Origin: Akkermansia muciniphila
GTDB taxonomy: Bacteria; Verrucomicrobiota; Verrucomicrobiia; Limisphaerales; SIAT01
DNA: 64,000 nucleotides
Reading direction: 5' to 3'
Assembly: GCA_945860945.1 (NCBI GenBank)
Contig: CAMASG010000002.1
Coordinates: 19,086 to 83,085, forward strand
Under the pieces are notes generated by a model, which worked only from the letters and a program-made list of their open reading frames with translations, had not been told where the DNA came from and did no database searches. Of the stretch, positions 54,755 to 64,000 are shown piece by piece. The first letter of the stretch is position 1; the number at the start of each line of letters is the position of its first letter. A program made the position numbers and the translations under genes.

Positions 54755-55090
54755 TCAGTCAACCTGCATGCAGCCCCAACCATCCGGTTCGCCGCCCACG
54801 GACTCCGCGTGCGCGGTCAATCCCGTCTCGAGCGCGGTGATGTCTTCGTGTGTTGGAATCATATGGTGCTTCACGATAGTTTCCCACATCTCCCGTTCCT
54901 CGTAGTAGGAGATGCAAATCTCAAGCGCTCGATCGTCCAGAATCTCGGCGAAGGCGAGAGCCTGTTTTCGCTCTGGAAAAACAAAGCAGAAATCCACCAC
55001 ACGCGGCTGGGTGAGGTCATCGCCGCCGTCCTGCATCTGGCGCAGCACGTCGCCATTTTCGTCGGCTGGGAATTCGAGAGGTTCGCTCAT
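54755..55090 (-). CDS. RraB-like (regulator of ribonuclease activity B family) protein
   Basis: 111 aa from ATG 55090. An acidic N-terminus is followed by PRVVDFCFVFPERKQALAFAEIL, resembling the RraB family. Confidence 0.6.
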   Translation of the reverse strand: MSEPLEFPADENGDVLRQMQDGGDDLTQPRVVDFCFVFPERKQALAFAEILDDRALEICISYYEEREMWETIVKHHMIPTHEDITALETGLTAHAESVGGEPDGWGCMQVD

Positions 55091-55202
55091 GATAATCGTA
55101 GTGTGGCCTGTGGGCCGTCTTTCAAAATGACGTTGAGTGATGCTAGTGCGATGGAATAAGTCCGACAATCGGGGGCGCGATGGAAGGAGAGCCGCGACGG
55201 AA

Positions 55203-55712
55203 TCAGGAGTTTATTTTTTGGCGACACGCGCTCCACGTGAGGCGGAAGGCAGGGCTGAAGTCCTGCGGGCAATCGGTCATCCAGCGATCGAGCGCGTCGG
55301 GCGCGATCCATCGCCCGTCGTCGATCTCCTGCGGATGGAGCGTGAACGGCCCCTCGGCACGCGTGCGGAAGATCTGGGTGAACTCCTGCCCCGTCTCGGT
55401 CCTGGGCGTGAGCTTGAAGAGCGGCTCGAGCGGGCCGGGATTGTGCAGGCCGATTTCCTCGCCGAGCTCGCGGCGCGCGGCGGTGAGGTAATCTTCGCCC
55501 GCATCCACGTGACCGCTGCACGAGGCGTCCCACACGCCTGGATGATTATCTTTAGTCATCGAACGCTTCTGGAGGAAGATTTGCCCAACAGCGTTGAAGA
55601 CGAGGATGTGCGCAGCGCGGTGCATCAAACCGAGGGCGTGCACTTCGCGGCGGGGGCGCTGGCCAATCGCCTCATCGTGCTCGTTGACGATGTCGAAGAT
55701 GTCGTCGCTCAT
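55203..55712 (-). CDS. Nudix hydrolase
   Basis: Nudix box GHVDAGEDYLTAARRELGEEIGL. ATG 55712 overlaps the rsmA stop (ATGA). The track's 163-aa extension overlaps rsmA and is rejected. Confidence 0.85.
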   Translation of the reverse strand: MSDDIFDIVNEHDEAIGQRPRREVHALGLMHRAAHILVFNAVGQIFLQKRSMTKDNHPGVWDASCSGHVDAGEDYLTAARRELGEEIGLHNPGPLEPLFKLTPRTETGQEFTQIFRTRAEGPFTLHPQEIDDGRWIAPDALDRWMTDCPQDFSPAFRLTWSACRQKINS

Positions 55713-56533
55713 CGGGAGAGGAGGCGAGTCAGCGCCACGAACTGCTCGAGTGAAAGGTGCTCGGCGCGGGCTTGCACGTTGAGGGCGAGCGTGGCATAGG
55801 CCGCTTCGAGTTCTGCTGCGGACCAGTCCTGCTTGAGCAGCTTCATCATCATCTTGCGACGTTGCGAGAAGCCGCGTTTCACTATGCGGATGAACGTCCG
55901 GCTTTGCGCGAGATCGAGCAACCGCTGCGGCCGGCGCACGAGCACGACGCAGGCGGAGTCGACATCCGGCGGCGGATGAAAGCAAGTGGGGGGGATTTTG
56001 AACCAGCCGCGCGGCTCGTAGCGGAGTTGGACGAGAAGCGTGAGCAGACCGTAGTCGTCCGAGTCCGTCGTGGCGACAATCCGTTGGGCAACCTCCATCT
56101 GCAATGTGGCGACGAGGCGTTCGGGGCAGCCGTCCGCCATCGCCAGTTCCACGAGGATGGGCGAGGCGACGGAGTAGGGGAGGTTGGCGACGAGCTTCCA
56201 CGCGGCCCAGTCACGCGGTTCGCGTTTGAGGAAATCGAGCGCGTCGTCGTGCAACAGCGTGAGATTTTTCAGGTCCGCGAACCGCTTTTTCAGAATGGGG
56301 ATAAAGCGCGCGTCCTTCTCGATCGCGAGCACCTCGCCCGCCTGCGCCGCGAGTAACTCGGTGAGCGGACCGAGGCCGGGGCCGACCTCGAGCACTTTGT
56401 CCGTGGGCGAGATCTCGGCCACTTCGGCGATCCGGCGGAGCTGGTTGCCGTCGTGCAGGAAATTCTGGCCGAGCGACTTGGTCAGCCGTAGATTGTGCTC
56501 GGTCAAGAGCTGCTTCATCTCGGAAAGTTTCAT
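55709..56533 (-). CDS. rsmA: 16S rRNA (adenine1518/1519-N6)-dimethyltransferase
   Basis: LGQNFLHD, SAM motif VLEVGPGLGPLT, and NLPY. Confidence 0.95.
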   Translation of the reverse strand: MKLSEMKQLLTEHNLRLTKSLGQNFLHDGNQLRRIAEVAEISPTDKVLEVGPGLGPLTELLAAQAGEVLAIEKDARFIPILKKRFADLKNLTLLHDDALDFLKREPRDWAAWKLVANLPYSVASPILVELAMADGCPERLVATLQMEVAQRIVATTDSDDYGLLTLLVQLRYEPRGWFKIPPTCFHPPPDVDSACVVLVRRPQRLLDLAQSRTFIRIVKRGFSQRRKMMMKLLKQDWSAAELEAAYATLALNVQARAEHLSLEQFVALTRLLSR

Positions 56534-57828
56534 AGGCGGAACAGCTCCTCTCGCAAAGCCGCGACGGTTGTTTTGAGCTGTCGCTCGGCGATGGTGAGCG
56601 GCGGCGTGAGGCTGATGATGTTGCCGTGCTCGCCCTCGGGCAGAAGGATGAAGCCGTGGTGGAGCATTCGCTTGATGACGGCCAGCGATTCGGTCGTGGC
56701 GGGTGAGTTGTCGCGGTGGCGCAGTTCGAGACCGGTCATCAAGCCAACGCCGCGCGCGGTCATTTTGAGTTTCGGATTTACTGTTTCAACTGAGCGAAGA
56801 AGTTTGAGCAACGTCACGCCCAGCTTCGCGCTGCGCTCGACAAGTTTGAGACGGCGGATTTCCGCAATCTGCGCCAGTGCCATGGCGCAGCCAACGGGAT
56901 GGCCGAGAAAAGTGCTCGTGTGAATGGCCTCGCCGGTGGAGGCGGGCCACGCGGCGTCCATCACGTCCGCGCGGCCGACACAAGCGGAGAGTGGGAAACC
57001 GCCCGTGAGCGCTTTGCCCAAGCAGATGAGGTCGGGCATCACGCTGCTGTGCTCGCAGGCGAACCACGCGCCCGTGCGGCCGAAGCCGGTGTAAATCTCA
57101 TCGAGGATGAGCAACGCGCCGTGCTCGTCGCAGAGCCGACGCAGCAGCAGCAGGAATTCGGTGGGCGGAACATTGATGCCGCCGCGCGCCTGCACCGGCT
57201 CGGCAAGAATCGCGCCGATGGCGTGCTTCTTGAACAGGCTGCGAAGTTCTTTTTCGAGCTGCGGCAAGTTGTCGTCGTGCGCGGGAAATCGTGCGAACTG
57301 AGCGAACTCGCCGAGTTGATCGCGGAAAGCGCCGCGGAAATGCTCGCGGTGCGTGGCGTTGAGCGCGCCGTAGCCGAGGCCGTGATACGCGCCCTTGAAC
57401 GCGATGATGCCACGCTTGCCCGTACCGAGAATCGCGGTCTTGAGCGCAGATTCGACCGCCTCGAAACCGGAGTTGTTGTAGATGACTTTGCCAGTCGTCG
57501 AGCCGCCGCTCCAGCGCTCGAAGGTGAGGCGCGAAAGTTCGCGCGCGAGATGCGCCTTCTGCGCGTGCGGATGAACGTCGCCCATCGCGTGAAGCAGCGT
57601 CGCCATCTGGCGCTGGCCGGCGCGGACGACGCGCGGGTTGGCGTGGCCGGCCGAGGCGACGCCGAACGCGGCGGTGAGGTCCAGATACTTTTTACCTTCC
57701 GCATCCCAGACATACACGCCGCGCGCGCGTTCCCAAACGATGGGCCACGAACCGTCCGCCTCGGTGAAGAGGACGTTGCGCGATTCATGTGCGCGAAGCT
57801 GTCGGAGAATCTGTTGAGTCTTCTTCAT
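56530..57828 (-). CDS. Class III (omega-type) aminotransferase
   Basis: GSWPIVWERARGVYVWDAEGKKYLD, LILDEIYTGFGRTG, and CLGKALTGG (PLP Lys). Confidence 0.85.
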   Translation of the reverse strand: MKKTQQILRQLRAHESRNVLFTEADGSWPIVWERARGVYVWDAEGKKYLDLTAAFGVASAGHANPRVVRAGQRQMATLLHAMGDVHPHAQKAHLARELSRLTFERWSGGSTTGKVIYNNSGFEAVESALKTAILGTGKRGIIAFKGAYHGLGYGALNATHREHFRGAFRDQLGEFAQFARFPAHDDNLPQLEKELRSLFKKHAIGAILAEPVQARGGINVPPTEFLLLLRRLCDEHGALLILDEIYTGFGRTGAWFACEHSSVMPDLICLGKALTGGFPLSACVGRADVMDAAWPASTGEAIHTSTFLGHPVGCAMALAQIAEIRRLKLVERSAKLGVTLLKLLRSVETVNPKLKMTARGVGLMTGLELRHRDNSPATTESLAVIKRMLHHGFILLPEGEHGNIISLTPPLTIAERQLKTTVAALREELFRL

Positions 57829-57830
57829 CG

Positions 57831-58574
57831 TCAGACCCCGCGCTGATCGGGCGGCCAGATGATTTTGTGCATCTGGAGTTGGAAACGGACGGGCAGGGCG
57901 TCAGCGACGATGCGTTCGACCAGTTCCTTGCGCGTGAGCGGATGCTGGCCGCTGGGGACGGGCTTGAGCGCCTTGTCCTGCTGATGGGGCGCGAGCGGCG
58001 CGACCCACGAGAAGAGCAGGGGACAGGCGGCGGCGAGGTTGTGCGCGACGATTTGTTCCTTGGCCCAAACGTAATCCTCGTCGGTGCCGATGACGAACTT
58101 GATTTCGTCCGTGGCCTTGAGATGCGGGATGTTCTCGTAGCGGTTGCGCGCGGACTCACCGCTGCTGGGGCATTTCAAATCCATGATGCGGCGGACGCGC
58201 GGGTCCACTTTGGAGATGTCGTGCGCACCGCTGGTTTCGAGCAACACGGTGAAGCCGTCGTCGCAGAGAGCCTTCATCAGCGGCACCGCGTTGGGTTGCA
58301 GCAACGGCTCGCCGCCAGTAAGTTCCACGAGCGGCAGGCGCTGGTCGCCTTTCGCTGTGGCAAACGGTTGTGCGAGTTCGCGAACCTTCGCGACCGCGTC
58401 GTCGAGCGGCATCTTCTTCCCTTCGGTAAAAGCGTAAGCCGTGTCGCAGTAGGAGCAGCGCAGGTTGCAGGCGGTGAGCCGCACGAAGACACACGGTATC
58501 CCGGCGAAGGTGCTCTCGCCTTGCAGACTCAGGTAGATTTCGTTGACGACGAGCGTGACCGGCGATTCGGACAT
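57831..58574 (-). CDS. queE: 7-carboxy-7-deazaguanine synthase (radical SAM)
   Basis: EIYLSLQGESTFAGIPCVFVRLTACNLRCSYCDT (CxxxCxxC) from ATG 58574. The track's 181-aa extension is rejected. Confidence 0.85.
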   Translation of the reverse strand: MSESPVTLVVNEIYLSLQGESTFAGIPCVFVRLTACNLRCSYCDTAYAFTEGKKMPLDDAVAKVRELAQPFATAKGDQRLPLVELTGGEPLLQPNAVPLMKALCDDGFTVLLETSGAHDISKVDPRVRRIMDLKCPSSGESARNRYENIPHLKATDEIKFVIGTDEDYVWAKEQIVAHNLAAACPLLFSWVAPLAPHQQDKALKPVPSGQHPLTRKELVERIVADALPVRFQLQMHKIIWPPDQRGV

Positions 58575-58670
58575 CGCGCGGATTCTATCTGTGTTGAAAG
58601 CGGACGGCACGCGGAAAAGCCGATGTTTCCGAGATTGCGGCGCGGGCGGTTGCTGGCCTAACGTCGGCGC

Positions 58671-59090
58671 GTGAAACTCTCGGTGAAGAGCGACTACGCC
58701 GCGCGTGCGGTGCTGGAGTTGGCGCGTAGGTACGCCAGCGGCAAGGCCCAGCGCGTGGAAGATCTCGCGGAGGCGCAGGGCGTTCCCGCGAATTATCTCG
58801 TTCAAATCCTCATCGAGCTGAAGGCGCAGCGGATCGTGAAGAGCGTGCGCGGCAAGGAAGGCGGCTACCTGCTCGCGAAAATTCCGGCGGAGATTACGCT
58901 CGGCGATGTGCTGCGCTGCGTGCACGGCGAGATCTTCGATACGGCCGCGCTCAGCGATTCCAACTGTCCGCCGGAGTTGCGTGGCGCGTGGGAGAAGCTC
59001 CGGCAATCGGTCAACGCCACGGCTGACAACATCACGTTCCAAAATCTGCTCGACGAGGGCGAAAGCAAAGAGAAAATGTATTACATCTGA
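58671..59090 (+). CDS. Rrf2 family transcriptional regulator
   Basis: GTG start. Winged-helix region [38 protein letters not shown]. Only two Cys residues (LRCVHGE, SNCPPE). Confidence 0.85.
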   Translation: MKLSVKSDYAARAVLELARRYASGKAQRVEDLAEAQGVPANYLVQILIELKAQRIVKSVRGKEGGYLLAKIPAEITLGDVLRCVHGEIFDTAALSDSNCPPELRGAWEKLRQSVNATADNITFQNLLDEGESKEKMYYI

Positions 59091-59097
59091 ACCAGCG

Positions 59098-59934
59098 GTG
59101 AGGAATATTTCATCCATCCAAGCCAGACCGACACTGTTCTCGCTCGCGTTGTCGTTGGCTTTCTTCGCCGGCTGCGGTCGCTCTGGTCAGAACACCGGCG
59201 CGTCGAGCCAGAGCAATTCTTCATCGAGCCGTTTCGCTGCGACGAAAGAGAAGCCGTTCGAGAACAGTCTCGGGATGCGTTTCGTGCCGGTGCCGAGCGC
59301 GGGAATCTTGATGAGCGTCTGGGAGACGCGCGGGCGCGATTACCTGGCATTCATGTCGGCTCGCGGTCGTGCGCCCGAGGTCACGAACGGCTGGACGCCG
59401 CGCGAGTTGCATCCGGTCACGGGCGTGACATGGGAGGAGTCGGTGGCGTTTTGCCAATGGCTCACCGAACGCGAACGTGCGGCGGGCAAGCTTGGAGCAA
59501 AAGATCGTTACCGGCTACCGACGGACAAGGAATGGGATTCGGCGATCGGCGCGGCACGTTATCCGTGGGGCGAGAAATGGCCGACGGCGAAAGAGTGGCC
59601 GACGCTGCCGGGTTACAAGCCCGACGCGGGCGACAACACCGCGCCGGTCGGCAGCTTCGCCGCGAACGTACTCGGCCTTCACGATCTCGGTGGGAACGCT
59701 TTCGAATGGGTCGCGGACTGGTATCGCTTGGGGATGAACACTCAGGAAGTGCGCACGGCTCACAAGCGTTTGGCGGAGGATGGCGGCGGGCGAAAGTTCA
59801 AGGTGCTGCGCGGCGCGTCGTGGGCGTTGTGGGATCCGGTGACGCAATTGGCCGCGTATCGTTTCGCGAGCGCGCCGGAGACGCGCGGTCGGCTTTACGG
59901 GTTCCGCTGCGTGATCGAATCGGAGGGCAAATGA
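59098..59934 (+). CDS. SUMF1/FGE-fold lipoprotein lacking the FGE catalytic Cys pair
   Basis: Candidate GTG start 8 nt after the Rrf2 stop. Lipobox LAFFAGC. FGE-fold motifs [18 protein letters not shown] and [11 protein letters not shown]. The C-terminus [10 protein letters not shown] replaces the GGS-x-x-C-x4-C region. Confidence 0.7.
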   Translation: MRNISSIQARPTLFSLALSLAFFAGCGRSGQNTGASSQSNSSSSRFAATKEKPFENSLGMRFVPVPSAGILMSVWETRGRDYLAFMSARGRAPEVTNGWTPRELHPVTGVTWEESVAFCQWLTERERAAGKLGAKDRYRLPTDKEWDSAIGAARYPWGEKWPTAKEWPTLPGYKPDAGDNTAPVGSFAANVLGLHDLGGNAFEWVADWYRLGMNTQEVRTAHKRLAEDGGGRKFKVLRGASWALWDPVTQLAAYRFASAPETRGRLYGFRCVIESEGK

Positions 59935-60530
59935 GTTCAGAACAACCATTGCAGGGCAACTGCGACCAGTGCGGCGGGCTGTTAGAGTTCCCTGTCGAAT
60001 GGCTCGGCGCGCAAGTAGCCTGTCCGCTCTGCGGCGAAACGACGGAGTTGCGGGTTGAATCTATCGAGGCCGAGGCCGTTCCATCTGAAGTCGATCTTCC
60101 CCCCCTTGAGGAAGAGTTTGTCGTCGAGCCGCCAAAGACTGCGCGGCGCTGGCCGTTGATTGTTGGAGCAAGCGTGGGCGTGATTCTACTGCTGGGCTGC
60201 GTTGCGGCCTGGTTTGTCTGGAAGTCGCGTTCGGAACTAAAAGTAAGCGCAACGAAACCGTTGTCATCCTCAGTGGCTGCGGTTGAGGAATCAGTCTTGG
60301 TGGTGGCGCCGACGCTGGGGATTTATCAAGGGGGAATGAAGGCGGAGGACTTGCGCGCTGGGCGCGAGCTGTTCGTGAGCCGTTGTTCCGAGTGCCACAA
60401 TCTGCACGATCCAGCGACCTACAGCGCGAGCGAGTGGGGCGGCATCTTCTCCAGCATGCGCGGCAAAGCAAAGCTCTCGGGCGAACAGGCCGAGCAGATC
60501 AATCGCTTCCTCGCGAGCGTCCGTCCGTGA
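59931..60530 (+). CDS. Zinc-ribbon / TM / CxxCH (cytochrome c-like) membrane protein
   Basis: ATG 59931 overlaps the upstream stop (ATGA). Contains CDQC-x17-CPLC, TM segment [24 protein letters not shown], and the C-terminal haem motif CSECH with a downstream Met. Confidence 0.6.
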   Translation: MSSEQPLQGNCDQCGGLLEFPVEWLGAQVACPLCGETTELRVESIEAEAVPSEVDLPPLEEEFVVEPPKTARRWPLIVGASVGVILLLGCVAAWFVWKSRSELKVSATKPLSSSVAAVEESVLVVAPTLGIYQGGMKAEDLRAGRELFVSRCSECHNLHDPATYSASEWGGIFSSMRGKAKLSGEQAEQINRFLASVRP

Positions 60531-60539
60531 CGCGTGCGG

Positions 60540-60731
60540 CTACTTCTTCTTGGAGCCCGGATTCTTGGGGCAAGACCACTGGTGGACCATCAACTTATCG
60601 CGGTTGATGAGCTGCTTGCAGTACATGCACTCTGGGTCTTGTTGGCTATCCTTCCACATGTAGAATCCCAGCCCGAGAATTGCACCGCCGAGCACAACGG
60701 CAAGGACGATCGCTTTTATGTTGCCATTCAT
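60540..60731 (-). CDS. Small single-TM Cys-containing hypothetical protein (63 aa)
   Basis: ATG 60731 (MNGNIKAIVLAVVLGGAILGLGFYMW), followed by ECMYCKQ...WSCPK. Third-position GC looks coding. I recognise no family. Confidence 0.4.
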   Translation of the reverse strand: MNGNIKAIVLAVVLGGAILGLGFYMWKDSQQDPECMYCKQLINRDKLMVHQWSCPKNPGSKKK

Positions 60732-60818
60732 AAGTTGCAGAACCCTAGGTGGGAATACGTATTTCTGCAAGTCGCGCGCTTAATTTGATGCGTCAAGCGA
60801 TGGTCGCGAGCGAGAAAA

Positions 60819-64000
<3,182 letters not shown>

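Noticed and set aside
54663-55159. Plus-strand ORFs 54663..54905 (80 aa) and 54698..55159 (153 aa) that begin inside the palindrome array.
   Set aside because: Both lie mostly antisense to the RraB-like gene and have no recognisable motifs. The array's conserved elements (palindromic arms, 21-bp period) do not follow a codon pattern, so a coding explanation for the repeats is unlikely.
58575-58670. Looked for a preQ1 riboswitch upstream of queE and for riboswitch or T-box elements upstream of ribF, lysS, carA/pyrC and upp.
   Set aside because: The queE-Rrf2 divergent region has no small hairpin followed by an A-rich tail as in preQ1-I. The other genes have very short or no leaders. None of these elements was found.

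Overview
This is a 64-kb high-GC bacterial chromosomal segment that is densely coding: about 68 CDS and 2 tRNAs. I found no rRNA, CRISPR array, transposase or integrase. All family calls come from motifs read by eye in the supplied translations and DNA; no database search was run. Several features suggest, by inference only, a Verrucomicrobiota/PVC-type organism. These are a Cys-type sulfatase with a formylglycine-generating enzyme, a TAT-exported Gfo/Idh/MocA oxidoreductase with PmoA-family and DUF1080-like neighbours, a MoxR/VWA 'Bat' operon, and many ATGA/GTGA-coupled gene junctions. Most genes are housekeeping: MlaF/MlaD-like transport, GlcD-like oxidase, rsmI, lysS next to tRNA-Lys, hemB, carA, pyrC and tRNA-Gly. 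A 17-gene minus-strand block runs nusA-infB-rbfA-nrnA-truB-ribF-arsC-like, then a 7-gene Bat operon, then an oxidoreductase trio. The rest includes sppA, upp, rpoD, apt, ogg, rsmA, queE and a 3'-truncated gmd. The most unusual signals are listed here. (1) Five GGAAC-N6-GTTCC palindromes with an exact 21-bp period (54616-54715) sit in a gap between two convergent genes, and no annotated gene explains them. (2) A sulfatase homolog has the formylglycine Cys replaced by Asp and the GKWHLG His replaced by Ala, next to a canonical sulfatase/FGE pair. (3) An Rrf2 regulator is followed by an FGE-like lipoprotein lacking the catalytic Cys pair and a zinc-ribbon/TM/CxxCH protein, apparently as one operon. 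(4) A canonical intrinsic terminator lies inside the nusA leader. (5) The Bat operon carries a fused BatB-BatC. I see no defence island or mobile element, so the novelty claims are modest and flagged as inference.
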